From Sphaerodactylus townsendi (Eukaryota): 64,000 bases of DNA. The stretch is taken from NCBI RefSeq assembly GCF_021028975.2, contig NC_059426.1, positions 78,678,001 through 78,742,000 on the forward strand. The letters are read 5' to 3'. The notes beneath the pieces are model-generated. The model saw only the letters and a list, made by a program, of their open reading frames with translations, was not told the origin of the DNA and did not search any database. Positions 25,667 to 39,775 of this stretch are shown here, one piece after another (position 1 is the first letter of the stretch; each line of letters begins with the position of its first letter). Made by a program: the position numbers and the translations under genes.

Positions 25667-28600
25667 CTCTTTGAATGAGCAAGGAGTTCTGATCACTCAT
25701 CCCCTTTTCCTTCCATAATTTGAGTGCACAAGATGAAGGAGTATAGCTCCAGCATGGGAATCATTTGCTTTTGGGTGAGGGGGCAGGGACAAGGATGACT
25801 TTGGGCAATTGGGCCCAGTGCTGGCCATGAGCCAGTCAGCTCTCAAACAGCTTCCTGCAGCCTCCCCTGAAAGTCAACCCATCATGGGACAGTTGCGACT
25901 TGCAGACTTGTAGGCTGCAGGTTCTCTCTGGTCAACCACTCAGATTGAAAGCAGCAGGGCTGAAGAGGTGTTTGGCAATCCACAAGTCTCTCTTGACAAA
26001 GAGAAGTTCTCATTTGAACCCCTTACTAACTCAGAGGACAAGGCTAATTATAGTGTATTCTTTCATTTCCACCCCTAATACCACTCCTCTTCTCTCAGTT
26101 ACTCCATCAAGAGGGTTGCAGAAGGTGCTGACAGCAGTTGGGCTGTCAATCTTACTCACAGCCTATGCTGTGCCAAGATCTGAGGAACCTGGAATCAATA
26201 AAGTGTGGCTGATTCTTCCCATTGTGTTTGTCTGTGCTTCTCTCCCCTACCCCATGGGTTAGTCCCCATCCTGGCACAACGGGAGTCTGTGCTTTGTTGA
26301 ATGTGTCAAGCCTGTTTCTTTAAAATAGCATTTCCAGTTGAGCTCTAAAAATTCAGAAAATGTGCCGGTCATTTACCCAGTCAAAATGAGAGCCCTGGTT
26401 CATATCTTAGCTCACAAGGCCAGAATGAATACACACTGACTTGTTCACAGATCTGGCCTCCTTATATTACATTAAAAGCTGTCCAGAGAATATAGATAAG
26501 AAAGAGAGCTGGCGGAAGTGGTGTGTATTTGCTGTAAGTGCGTGGATATAAGGGGGTGTCAAAAGTAATTACTCAGTACCAGCATTCAGAACTTACTGCA
26601 CTTTTAATTCAAGATGGGGTAAATGCTGCCGTCATCAGGATGCTAGCTGAAGGTGTCATCTTTGATAAACACGGCCAGCTTCACATATTTCCTGTGAAAT
26701 CAATATAGGCTTGGTACTTATTTGCTAATATATCATGCCATCTCTGCAGTTCCCCCCCCCCTTCTTTGTCACTCTGTTTTGTTTCAGTGATTAGTGTCTC
26801 CTTTCACTGTGGCAATGTGAGAGCCTTCCAGGAAAGCTATCAAAATCATCCCTGTTAGTGGGTTTGTTTGTGTTTTATTCCACACAGCAGCAAACTCTGA
26901 AAGCTGTCAGGAGCCATTGTCTCATCACTCTTCTATGAATTGTTTAGCACCACAAACAAGGGATGGCGTGCGATCAGGGAAAGGGGGGAAAGCGCTGTAT
27001 TAATAACCAAGTAAAATTTCCCACAAATCTGAAGTCCTCAGATGTCAAATGGAAGAAATCAAAATGGGCAGCCAGCAGAGAACAGTGGGAGCATGAGTTT
27101 TTATGCTCATCAGTCTCATCAAAGTCTTTGCTATTCTAATTCTTATGTATAGTAGCAATTTAACAAGAACAATATTCCAATTATTTTATACATTTGGTAT
27201 CCTACAAAACCTGCAACATTATAATATATATTTAAAGCATAAATAAAAAACAAACAAATTGAATAAACTGTTGTATTGATATGCCCAAAACTGTTTCCAA
27301 AAATTTTGCTGAATAGGGAGAAAACGTTTAATGGCACAGTTGCTCAAACGTCAGTGGCTCTTTCTATGGACAATATGTTCCACTGGGCGGAATTCATTAT
27401 TCTGGTCACAGGATGTATTCAAAGAAAACATTCAGAAGGGTACTTTGCTAGCAATGTGACTATTTTTCTTGGCCATTAGTTCAGGCCTTCCTAATTTCTA
27501 GCTAAAAGCTTTTCATTCCCTTGTTGATAAACCAAATGAGACATGCTTCAAATTTTCTTCCAGAAGGCTCTGTTGTTTAGTTATTTCTGTAGTTTTCATG
27601 CTTTTCCCTCTCTTTTTTTCTTTTGGAAGTAAGTTGTGTGGTGACATTGTCAGTATAGTTCAAGTTTTCCTCTCTGCTGAAGGAAAGATTTATCTTTGAG
27701 GTGCTAATATGAGCAGTCACATTCCCTGCAATCAAGGAGTGCTCAACAATGCTCTTCTTAATCTTGCTGGTAATGCACATCAAATGTTGCCATTCATGTT
27801 CATCCAGACTGTGACAACCATGGCAGTCTGTTATCATCTTAAAGAAAGGTTTGATTCTACTCTGCAATAATTAAATAGAAATGTAAAGCAGTCTTCAAGC
27901 CTTATTTTTCATTGTTTATTTTTCATTGCAAGATAATTGAATAGTACTTGTTTATGTTAGTTGAATATCAAACTACGCCGGTTTATGTAGTCAGTCATAC
28001 ATTCATTTATTTTTACTATTGGATCTTATGCCTGTTATTATTTTATGGGCCATCAGTCTATCTATATCAAGCTTGTCACCCACCAAACCAAACCAAAAAC
28101 ACCTTCATAGTGTGCCCTGCAAAGCACTTGATATCACCCCTGTTTTGCAGTCCCAGGCAGGCAGTTAAAACAGGAGGTTCACCATGCTGTTAGTAGGCTG
28201 TCATTACAGACATCACTCATGAGCATCGTTCAACAGGGCAGCACATGAGTTGTCCAAACTTTGATCTGCATCAGTGCAAAAAACTTAGGAATGGTTTGTC
28301 TATACTTGGGTGACCCAGAAGATGAATGTAAAGAAATTGTGAGTACCCAGATTCTCAGTAGAGATTTCATCTCTTCTATGCTGATTGCTAAGGGCATGTG
28401 GTTAGATCCTGTGATGCATCAGTAAAAATGGTCACATCTTTCTTTCATTCCCTTCCCCAAGCACTCCTTTCTGATTCTGGGAAAAGGTATTAATGGACTC
28501 ATAGGACCCAATGGAGTAATAGTCACTTGGGTTGGGAGACTGTAGTTAGATCAGAACTGCTGTTCCTGCCTCTCCCATCAGTACAGCTCTGCTGGTGGAA

Positions 28601-28821
28601 AAGTGAGGAGACATCAGTTTTGCATCTTTTGCACTCCCCAGTGCAGCCTTCTGACCTGTTGGCTGTTACCCCATATGGGTCCTACATCCCTGAAAATAAA
28701 TATTCCTTGGTCTGAAAAGGTTTGCTAGGGGAGTGGAGGGAGACTGAGGAGAGATCCATGATCCTTGTGTCTGCCAATGTGATATAGAGTTATAATGTTG
28801 GATCTGGGATACCCAAGTACA

Positions 28822-29045
28822 AATATAAAGAATGAGCCAGAAACAGTACGGATATATGAAGAAAAATTACTCCGCCTGGCGCAAAAGAACATCAATAAAA
28901 CCATACACTTTAATAGAAATGATTAAAAGCACTATATCCTGCGCATGCACGGGCTGGGTCCTGGCATGGGCAATGATGCGGCTTTTGCCGGGGGGCCCTT
29001 CCGTCCCTCAATGGTGGACCATGCACCAGCCGTGACCACGCCCTC
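28822..29045 (-). mobile_element. Possible degenerate Penelope-like terminal repeat fragment
   Basis: CpG-rich patch in AT-rich flanks. The minus strand contains a decayed hammerhead-like ccattgagggacggaagggcccccggcaaaagccgcatc. Family assignment is from resemblance only. Confidence 0.3.
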
Positions 29046-31345
29046 CAAAGGGATCCCCAGCAGCCCTAATGAGAGCAGAGCTCAGCCTCCCTTTGATTAG
29101 AGCTCATGCCATCTAGCAATTTTAAAATCCTGGAAGAAAAACATTGCAGCTGACCCAGACTTGTTTGGCCTAAAAACTGTTCTGGCCTCTTTTACATTAT
29201 TCTTTCTTGGTACATCATTCCAGATAATCTTCTAAGGTCTCCAGCAAATAATACTGATCTGCAACACAGGATCTACAAAGGGGATGCTGTGATAAACAAA
29301 GAGGCAATCTCTCAGGCAAAATCTGCCCCATAGTATGATGTAATTAAAAAAGATCACTCCAGAGCTTTGTATTTGGTATATTTGTTTATTGGTAAATAAA
29401 TAAGACTAGTATTCCCCTCACTAAAATTTCAGACAATGCCATTGCCTTTGCTCATTGGGAAATACATTCAAACGCTGTTTGCTTCAGTATCTTTGCATAT
29501 GGAGGAACTCTGTCTTGATCGTCTTCATTATGTCCTGACCTGTCCCTTATATTGAGATCCCAGGAAAAAAATTCTTGATAAGATTATTCCAAGGACACAC
29601 CCATTTTCTGATCCTAACAAACTAGCATTCTCTTCTGTTCATTAGTACTAGCCAAGTGTTTTGCCTTGCCCCAGCAGTACTAGAGGGAAAATTTAAGACG
29701 ATTCCTTGGGCAAAGAGAGTCTGTCCATGTAAATATGGGGAGGTGGAAATCCTAGAACATGTATTTTAAAAATGTTTAAGTGAGGAACTAAATTCCCCAG
29801 CAGCCCTTACTCTGACCTCGGTAACAGTTACCTTTTTTCTGATATGGGGAGGGAAAGTAAAGAGAAAAGGGGGAGGGAATTGAGAGAGCAGATATTTGAG
29901 GTGGTAAAAGGCAGGACAGACAGGCCTGTGAGAGCTTCAAAGACACCAGTGGGGTCTGTGGAAGTGAAATCAGAGGATATGAACTTTGGCTTTCAAACTG
30001 GTATTCCAGGCAGAGGCTTTTTATATTGCCTGTGCCAAGAAAGCCATGGAGGAAAAGTCCAGGAACTTGGGAGGGCATTACTGCAGCTTTGGTCACTTAT
30101 ATTCTATTATGCTACAGAGGTTATGATTTTAACTATTGCTTGAAATTGTTTTGTGTCATGTTAATGTTGTAATAATCTGCAAGAGTATTTAGGGAGTAAA
30201 ATCCTAAGATGATATCTTGCTATGAATCCACTTTGACTGTAACTGACAGACTAGAGATGTTGTGCTATGAAACAAGTCACAGATCTCTGTGCATATTGTT
30301 TGCCTCTTACCTGCTCCCTTCTCATGCATCGCCCTGGTGGTTGTGATGGTAGGAGTGCTTGCTGGTTCCTCATATCAAAGAATGGGAACTGGAGACCCAA
30401 GTGCCACACTGGTGATTTTTCTCAGCTCCTTGAAACTGCTCTTTTCACGCAGAACTACTTCTTCCTTGGCAGATGCCCCTCTCTCAGCAGGGGAGCCTGC
30501 ACTGCAAGCCAAGTAGCACTTCATAATATGGCATGGATAAAAATGGCAGGTGCCAGGAGAATCACACACTGCTTTGTCCTTGTAGTCATTCCTTCCACTG
30601 AGAAATAAGTAGTCACTGGTGAAGACTGGTGGATCAAGCTGCTTGGCCAGGGAGAATCAGCCCTCCCTCCTGATTGAAGAATTTGCCTATGCCTGACACG
30701 TAGTTGGATATGAAATAGCCCCTGCCTAGTCTTTGCCCTCAGCAGTGAGCGGGACTGCAGTTGACAGTGACTCCAGAAGACAAACAACTAAACTGCCTGA
30801 TTTATTCTGTGGCTCCTGTTCAGTCTTCAGCAACACCCAGGCGTCATTAGTTTGTCTCAGTCCATGCATATCCTGTAAGTGAAAAACATCAATTCTAGCA
30901 AAGGCACTCAGTTGAAATCCTTGAGCTTAATTTCAAATCCTATCCATGTGACAAGCACTCTTTGTGAAGCTGGTCCAAATCATTTCCATTTCTTGCTGTG
31001 GAATAGGGATAACAGCACTTTGATAACTCTGGCTCTTTCTCTCCCCTGGTCTCTTTCATGTGAAAGCTTAAGGGATAAGAAACCATCTCTTACTGTGCAC
31101 ATGTTAACTGTACTCAGCTTGACTGGGTGCCAGACGAAGGGCCAGCACAAGTACAATTTTGGTATGATTCCAATGGGCATACGTATGAATAACTAAGAAA
31201 AAACACAGATTTATTTTAGTTTTCCTTGATAATGTTGCTTTAATTAATGATTATAAGAGAAGAATAGCAGGGGTGACAATTACAATAATAGCATCTTTCT
31301 TGGTTCTGAGTCTGAGTTATCTTCTTTCTCTTTGTGTCTTTCTAG

Positions 31346-31537
31346 CTGGGAGGCTGTGGAATCCTTGGAGTTGGCATATGGCTAGCTGTTACCCAAGGGA
31401 ACTTTGCGACTCTGTCTTCTTCCTTCCCTTCCCTGTCAGCAGCCAACTTGCTGATTGTCACAGGGACTTTTGTAATGATCATCGGCTTTGTGGGGTGCAT
31501 AGGAGCCATCAAAGAAAACAAGTGCCTCCTGCTCAGT
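31346..31537 (+). CDS. TSPAN4: Tetraspanin-4 internal coding exon (end of TM1, EC1, TM2, inner loop)
   Basis: Polypyrimidine tract plus tctAG acceptor at 31344-31345 and GTGAGT donor at 31538; 192 nt, phase 0-0. Translates LGGCGILGVGIWLAVTQGNFATLSSSFPSLSAANLLIVTGTFVMIIGFVGCIGAIKENKCLLLS. LGGCG, ATLSSSFPSLSAANLLI and FVGC fit TSPAN4 better than its paralog TSPAN9 (LCGCG, ATFSPSF, FLGC). This frame is not listed in the ORF track. Confidence 0.93.
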
Positions 31538-33714
31538 GTGAGTACAAAACAAGTAGTTTCCTTTGTCTGCCTGCAGTTTGTCTTGTGATTGTCATGCTTT
31601 TATACACATTAGGTTTAAAACTCAGCACACTGTTAGAATTGGAGTCCATGTTTACAAGTTTAGTGTTTCACCAAGCCTTGCTGCCTATTCTGAAAATGGC
31701 TAACCATTTTTAATAAGGTACCCATCACTGGATTACTTCAATTATATGTAATGTTAAAAGTATATGATCTACTTTTCAATATGACCAAATCTGTGGATAT
31801 TTGAATCTGGAGACTGTAGCCATCAACAGACAAGATGGATCTTTGTATGAACTGGAAAATACCTCAGGTTTGCCAAACAAATTGAAATCTGGAAAAAGTA
31901 CAGGGAGGGATTGACATGCTCCTCACCCCCCACCCCAATAATAGAAACAGCCCCTGTAGCCATTGCAGCCATTGCTAAGCAGCTACAACAGTATTACCAG
32001 CCCTCAGGCCTTAGTTTCTTCCACTAAAAAGCAGGGGGAGGAGACAGCACCCTTCCCAGCACTGTTTTGGCATTTGAGGGAGAACTCCTCAGAGCCAGGC
32101 CTGGCAGCAACCTCTGGGCAACTTGATAACATTCAACTTGCGTTACTCACCCAGGCCTGGTACTTGTCACTGTTTAATGGCAGTCACCCCACAGAATCTA
32201 GTGTGGTGTAGTGTTTACAGTTTTAGGATCTGGGAGTCCCAAGTCAACATTTTTCTATGGAAACTCACTGAGTGGCTATCAGGCCTCTTCTCTGTGGGTG
32301 GGCAAGGAGTGGGGCCTCCCCTTTGACCAAGACTGCAGGTGGATGGGGGAGGAAAAGGAGGGATGGCTGCTGCTGCTCACGTTCTCTGTCACTGAGGCTG
32401 CTGATGCCAGGCCCATCACCTCAGAGCTCTTTCTGTTTGAAGGCATGCCATTTGGAGACTGCTCGGTTAAGCACAGGTAGTACTTGCCACTCAGTATTAC
32501 TGAGCTGGAATCATTTTCTCATTTTTCTGAAGAAGGGATCCTTAAGTTAATAAGCCATCCTGGATTTATCTGAAGAAAGGGTTCAGAACTGTCTCTGGAG
32601 GAGGAGATTACTGCTATAGTTTAGGAGCAAGAGATTCTTATAGATATCTGAAACTGCACAATTTCAAGGTCATTATTTACCATTCAGTGCTAACAAGTGC
32701 ATCTCATTCAGCAGTCACCCACAGGGAAGGCTTGTTTGTCAAAATACTCTTGAGTATGTGGATATCTGGAAATCAGAACCAAGAATGCCATGACCTTGAC
32801 TGTACCAGCAGCTTATTGTATATAGAAGCATAATCAAATTCATTTGCATGCACGCCTTCTGCTGAAAAGCTAATTGCTTAGAATCAGTGCAGGCTGTCTA
32901 TAACACTGCATAACACTGCTGTTTAAAAAATTGCTCTGGGAAGTCCCAGGGTTTCATAGCTTCATTAGGATTCTTCAATAAGAAGATCAGAAATGGTGGA
33001 CAATTTTCCCTGTAAAATTGCTTTACTTTTTCTGTTGAAGTTCCCCTGCAATTTGCTATGGTACACAGTTCATGATTATTGGTGAGTAATGGGAAGGGGC
33101 AGAGATTCAGGAAGGTTTTTCATACCCAAGATAGGAATAGCTAAACTAATTGTCCAGGAGTGGCAGCCTCACCTCCATACTCACCTGATCCAGAGGAGGC
33201 TCTAGCAGAGGACACCATTGCTATGGCACTACTAAGGCAGCCAATCCAACAAGGAACTATGGGAAAGGGGCAAGGGAAAGGCCCAGCAATAGCTTCAGAG
33301 GTTGGATCCAGCACAAGCCTCAGATGGGAGGTCAGGCTCAGGTAGCAGGCTGTACTTGGCAACATACCCAAGGAAGAAGTCATCAGCTGCTGGGGCCTGT
33401 TTAGGCAGGTAGAGCAGCTTTTTGAAACCTTAGGCCCTAGGGGAAGGGAGCAGAGAGGAAAGCCCAGCTGGGGAGACTAGTAGGCCAGATTCCTGTCAAT
33501 CACCACAAGTCCACCCCTGAAGAAGGACATGGGAGATTCAGTGTCAACCTACCCTCAGATCTATTCCATGTCAGGGAGAGGTTGCTGGTGAGAGTCCACA
33601 GTTTTTGGCAAACCTTCCCCCCCCCTCCCCACACACCTTTTACATTCTGAAACCTTTTCTGACATGTGGATAACAGAAAATACACCTGGAGGGTGAAGTA
33701 GCCCTGGACCCAAT

Positions 33715-34910
33715 CAGGGACGTAGGTATAGATTTGTTATGGGGGGGGGTTCGGAGGTGAGGCCATGCCCCCACCCGCCCCTGGGGGCATGGCCACACCT
33801 CCCCAAGCCCCACCCCATCCTCAGTGCTTATAAAAGCAGCTCTCTGAGGCTGGGGACAGCAGACTCCCCTGCCCCACCCTCCCCAACCCTCCCTCCAGCT
33901 GGGCTCCCAACCAGCAGCCAGCAGCCCCTTCTGCCTTCCCTTCTGGGCAGAGGCATAGTTAGGGGAAATGGAGCCCAGTGCAAAATCTGCGTTTTACGCC
34001 CCCCCCCCCCCACAATGGGCTGCCACTGTGATGCTGGAATCCACCCCCAAACAGCATCACTTTCAATGGTGTTTGAACTAGAGAGCCCAAATTCTCCTTT
34101 TAAATCCACCTTAAAGGGAGAATCTGGAGTCCCCAGTTCAACAACATTGAAAGTGATGCTGTTTTGAGGTGGATTATCCCCCACACAATGTTGTTTCAAC
34201 TGGGAACCTCACATTCTCCCTTTAAATCCATGCTGAAGGGGGTGGATTTAAAAGGAGAATCTGGGGAAACTTGGGGGGTGCCTGCTGTCAGGGGTATAAT
34301 TGTTAAGATAGCAGCACCAAATTCTCAGGGTATCTTTAGGAGACTCTCATAATGATACCACCCAGGTTTGGTGAAGTTTGGTTCAGGGGGTCCGAAGTTA
34401 TGGCCCTTCAAATGTGTAGCCCCCATCTTTTATAGCTCCCATTGGAAACAATGGGAAATGGGGCACCCCCTTGGGAGTCCATAACTTTGGAACCCCTGGA
34501 CCAAACTTCACAAAACCTGAGTGGTATTAGTAAGAGACTCTCCTGATAGTACCAGCCAGGGTTGGTGAAGTGTGATGCAGGGGGGTCCAAAGTTATGAGC
34601 CCTCAAATGTGTAGCCCCTATCTTCTATTAGCTCCCATTGCAAACAGTGGGGATGGGGGCACCCCCTTTGGGAGTCCATAACTTTGGACCCTCTAAACCA
34701 AACTTCACAAAACCTGGGTGGCATCATCAGGAGAGCCTCTCAAAACATCCATGAAATTTTGGTGCTTCTAGCCTAAAAATGCACCTCTTGCAGGCCAAAA
34801 ACAAAAAATGCTTCAAAATATCAAAAAACCACAAACAAGGGGGACAGAGCTTCAGTCATGAATGGGGGGGTTGAACCTGAGGAACCCCCCCCCCCTTACC
34901 TACGTCCTTG
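33715..34910. mobile_element. Non-autonomous hAT element (~1.2 kb) with tandem palindromic interior
   Basis: TIRs cagggacgtaggta and tacctacgtccttg (13/14); perfect 8-bp TSD gacccaat at 33707-33714 and 34911-34918. Confidence 0.9.
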
Positions 34911-37099
34911 GACCCAATCCTGGACACTAATTCAGCAACATATAGAATCCTGCTTATGGTATTTTGGGATGAAGAGGCAAAATGTGGAATGCAAAATCAT
35001 GTGTGTTTTTGCTACAAAACTCATATCTCTGCTCTTCTTGGCTATACTTAAGAATTCTCTCCTTTTTAAAAAAAATGTTGTCTGCCAAGAAAGAGAAATA
35101 TAACCTGTCAGTTGAACTTCTAGGGACTTTGAGTCAATGCGAGTGACAACACTCAAATTAATGAATGTTGGAGTATTATTACATCATAGGGTAGTTGAAG
35201 GACATGAAGGCTGCTTTATTTTCTGTTGGTTGTACATTTGTTTTTCAGTATTTGTAATTAATTGCAAAAGCACTTGACATCTAAGGCATTTTTCTAGTAC
35301 TATATACTATTAGAAGATTGTCATGTATTATTTCCTATAATATTTGCAATACATGTAGTAACAGCTGGATGCTTTGATAGCTATCCTGATTCCTAGCATT
35401 TGCCTACATAGCATCTGCTCTCATTTTAGCGTTCTGACTCCAGAATCTGTGAATGAACTGATTGGTGGGAGAGTAGTGGAGCATTCAGAGATTTGTTTTG
35501 AATGTGGTTTGTATGGGGCACAGAAGACCCTTTACACTCTCCTTTGATTTTTTGCAGAACACTTAACAAAACAGCATATCCCCTTTTGTAACTTGCAGTA
35601 CCATCCTAATCAGAATTTTGTCCTTCTAAGTTCATTGGAAAGGGTATGACTCTGTTTAGGGGGGTGCTATTAACTTCTTCATTTTTTTAAAAAAATGGCA
35701 GTTCATTTGATTGTTAACTTTGGAATATTATAAACAGAATCAGTTTTTTGTACTTAGAACCAACATTATCCAGTGAGTGGAATACTTTGGTAGGTCCTCA
35801 AGTCTCACCTGGCTGAAATAGTTTCTTATAATCCCTGTCTGTCTGCAAGAGGCAGAGAAGGGAACATAAGCTGCTACTTTTCATTCCAGAGCAGTCATTC
35901 CTGTTAAATCACTCCCATCAGTGCAATTTAGAGCAGACTGAAAGCTAAAGATGAGAGGCAGAAGAAAGTTAGCTTTAAAGCAATTTTGTTTCCATTGAGA
36001 ACGCATTGTTTCTTGATTTTTGTGAAGTATGGCAAGCCTGAAATTGAATCCTTCCATACCTGAGAGAAAAGCTTTCACCATGTCCTTCCATCTGTGTCTA
36101 GCATAGTGTGTTGTGCTTGTATAGTTGGGTAGCTTGTGCTTTTTGAGATAGTTGGATAGTGTCGCTTCTTGCTTTGTAGCAGTCAGAAAATTGCAGTGCA
36201 GTATGTTGGCTAATATTTAAAAAGTTAGGTTATTCCCCAAGATACAGTGAAACTGCCTGGGGAAACCAAAATGTAAAGACACTGACTGTTCCTTCCCACT
36301 AAACAGGGAGTCTTCCATTGGAGAAAGGGTCCTTCCTCCAAATAGCAGGAGTCTTCCTCCAATTAAAGATTCCTCTTAGCAGGAAGAAAAGATCAGATCC
36401 AACCCTATTGAAGGCATGATTTGGAAAACTGGCTTCATTGCATGAGGACACAGACTTTCTGTTGGAACATCTAGTTCCTGTACAACAGAAATGGGGAATT
36501 TTGTGCCTCCTCTGGTCAGCTTTGTAATTTTTAAGGATAACGAACATATGTGGTTCTACCCATGCACACATATTTCCTCATCCCTTCATCAGCACCAGTT
36601 TATATGGGGACTGGGGAGAGCAGGGTTTGCGGAGGGGAAGGTATTCAGGGATCAGCTGTAATTCTGAGAGAGCTACAGCCCTCAGATGGAGTTTTGCAAC
36701 CCTGGCTACAGGGCTTCCCCTCACAGGAGCTTGGTGACCACTTTGTTACCCTGGGAAAAAAACAAGCAGAAATGGTGGCTGAACTCTTACAGTAAGAAAG
36801 GACACCAGGAACTGACTAGACTGCTGGGCTGGTTTTAAAGAAGCCTTGGGAATGGCAGATGGGAAAAGACTTAATCCCCTCTGACAGCTGATTAGGGGTA
36901 GCAGGTGGAGTTGGCTGGTTGCTAGTAAAGGGTAAGATGGGAGATTGCTGCTACCATTACCATCTGAATCTGCTATTTGAACTTGTATCATTATAGACTT
37001 GTAGTTTTGTGCACTATCACAAATCACCTCAATATGTTTTTGATGCAAATGCAACTTCAGTTGTTCCTGCTTGTGTTAACCTGCTCATGATAACTAATG

Positions 37100-37300
37100 G
37101 GGATATTTAATTCATTTATACCCTGTCATTCTCCCCAATGATGACCCAAAGTGGCTTACATAATTTGCCTCTCCTCCATTTTATCCTCCCAGCAACCCTA
37201 TGATGTAGGTTAGGCCGAGAGAGTGACTGGTCCAAGGTCAGTCACCTAGTGAGTTTCCATTGGCATGAATGAAATTTGAACCTGGGTCTCCCAGATATTC
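37100..37300 (-). mobile_element. Older CORE/tRNA SINE
   Basis: atttataccc...ttttatcctcccagcaaccctatgatgtaggttaggccgagagagtgactggtccaaggtca...tttgaacctgggtctcc is the reverse of the SINE body and B box. Confidence 0.75.
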
Positions 37301-38235
37301 TCAACCATAGGATATTATAGCCTCAATATTTTAAACAACTCATCTTCCAATCTACTAGTATTGTGGCTTTTAACTTGTTTAAAAGTATACAAAAATATGA
37401 GATTATGTATTAATCTATGACAGGCTTATGTATTAAGAAATCAAGAAAAGAAACTTGATGTTTAAAAGTGTTCTGCTTCTAACGCTGGACTTTATCAAAG
37501 AATTGACAGCAGAATCTCTGCCAGTAGCATGGAATGTATTCAGGGAGATGTAAAAAGGTGTTTGAGAGAGTGGTTGAAATTGTCCCATGAATGATTTCCT
37601 GTCAATAGATTTCACACAGAGAGATGCAGATATTGATCCATGTCTACTGTTTCAGCTTCTATTGTTTTAATAGCTTGCGGCAGGAGCTGAAATGGAGGAA
37701 GGTGATATTGACAAGTCAGTGGGCTGGCATGAGACCACTTCAGTGAGCAGAAAGAGGAAAAGGGGTTGGCCTTCTCAAATATCATGTTGTAAACCGCAGG
37801 ACATTCTGTATCCACTGTTAACTTTTCTCAGATCTGATATGAGGTAAATTCTTCAGTGCCAGGAATCCATGTGTCTAGTCATGGATGAATCCATTTCACC
37901 TCAATATAGAACTGGATCGACAATTACAAGCATCATTAGAGGCCACTAAAAGTATAAACTTACTAGTGATATATTGCTTTCTCAGCAGAAGCAAAAAACT
38001 CCTCACACAATAAACAGACAAATGAAAAAAGGAAAATGTATTAGGAGAGTGTGGAGAGACAATTATAATGCCACGGCAATGAAGGCTGGAAAACTTTCTG
38101 GAACTTTGACAGACAAACTTTCTGGGATTGTGTGACTACTTTTCCAAAGGCTCTGGAGTATTCCTGGACTTACCCATTGTTTACTGGAACCTTCAGATAA
38201 ACAGTTCTGTCTTATAATTTCTGGTTTACCTAGGA

Positions 38236-38391
38236 CAGGGGTAGGGAACCTGCGGCTCTCCAGATGTTCAGGAACTACAATTCCCATCAGCCCCTACCAG
38301 CATGGCCAATTGGCCAATTGGCCATGCTGACAGAGGCTGATGGGAATTGTAGTTCCTGAACATCTGGAGAGCCGCAGGTTCCCTACCCCTG
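38236..38391. mobile_element. Very young palindromic hAT (Buster-type) MITE
   Basis: Outer arms of more than 50 bp are perfect reverse complements (caggggtagggaacctgcggctctccagatgttcaggaactacaattcccatcagcc); perfect TSD acctagga (38228-38235, 38392-38399). Confidence 0.95.
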
Positions 38392-39623
38392 ACCTAGGAG
38401 GATTGATGACTTCTTCCTTCCTTAAGCTATGTAACAGACAGAAGTGAATGGGGTGCTAAAGGCAGCAAGAGATAGTTTCTGGGCAGGGGGGTGGAAGCAG
38501 AGAAGGGAGGGAATATTTACTTTTAAACTGGGTTAAATTTAAAGAGGAGCTTATAAAGTTGGGTTGGCTATTGTATGAGGTAACTTCCACTGGGAAATCC
38601 CTGACAGTATGGTAGCCATACCATATATTTTCTGAGGTCACATTGTTTATATTGCTACCATGTATTTTCAGAGGTTACATGATTTATATTGCTGCCATGA
38701 GAGAAAGGAAGAAGAGAGGCGAAGATTGGAGTCCCTCCCCCCCCCCCTGCATCATTGAGAATTTTGATGATATGGGACAAGGGTTTCAAGACATCTTAGT
38801 GCCTGAGACTTCCCCCACCCCACCCCCACCCCCACACATACATATAGATCTTGTGTTTTTCATGGGTAAAAATATAAATTACGGTAGTTCAGTCGTTCCC
38901 TAAGACTTCTACCTTGTTCTGCCTAATAGTACTGCCATTATTTGAAAAATGGGGGCTGTCCCCTTGACCTCCAACCCTGTATTTTGAGTGAAAGAACATG
39001 CAATTGGCTAGATTGCTCAACCTGAAAGGGAGAGTGTGCCTGTTTGTGTGTGTATCATATGGTGAGTAGGTCTGCCTATCAGCTGTTTAAATTTCTTTGA
39101 AGAAATGTCCTCACACGCTGTGCTGGTATAAAACAATTTATTTCCCTACTTTTTTATTTCAGTGCTGGGAAATAATGTGTGCTTATTCCTTCAATTCAAC
39201 CATGGCTCTTCTATAGACTTCTGTTTGAATTGCATAATCCATACTGCAGGTTCCCAGCCATTATTTGTAACTGCTTTGGTATTTCCAAGACAAAGCATTT
39301 AGAATTCCTTCTGCAGAAAATTCCTCAGCAGCCATGAGTTCTTGAAGCCCCCATTAAAGAGTAGGAAATAAGCTAGTTTTCTCTTGCTTAGTGTCTGACT
39401 CACTAAATCTTAAAGGGCTATCACATGGAGCAAAGATGCTTATGTTTTTAAATTTCAGTGGCTTTGTTTAAAATAGATATTCCACACAGCTCTAGAAAAT
39501 GCTCCATTGCCGTATTAAAATCAATGACCTGTAAGTTCCAAAGTAGGATAAAACTGGTCCTTTAATCCAGATGTGAAAGGCTGTGATCTCCTTTAACTAT
39601 GCTGGAAAATCACAGCCTTGAAA

Positions 39624-39775
39624 GGGACACTTTTGCACATGCAGAATAATGCACTTTCAATCCACTTTGACAATGGTTTGCAAATGGATTTTGCTATTTC
39701 GCACAGTAAAATCTAGCTGCAAAGTGGATTGAAAGTGGATTGAAAGTGCATTATTCTACATGTGCAAAAGTGCCC
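39624..39775. mobile_element. Palindromic PIF/Harbinger-like MITE
   Basis: ggg...ccc termini, long arms gcacatgcagaataatgcactttcaatccacttt and aaagtggattgaaagtgcattattctacatgtgc, and 3-bp flanks aaa/aaa. Confidence 0.75.

Noticed and set aside
31273-31713. 146-aa ORF overlapping the exon
   Set aside because: Wrong frame; the tetraspanin-coding frame is the spliced 31346-31537 segment.
33141-33480. Possible gag-like retroelement remnant
   Set aside because: Composition is suggestive, but I could not identify any diagnostic motif or terminal repeat.
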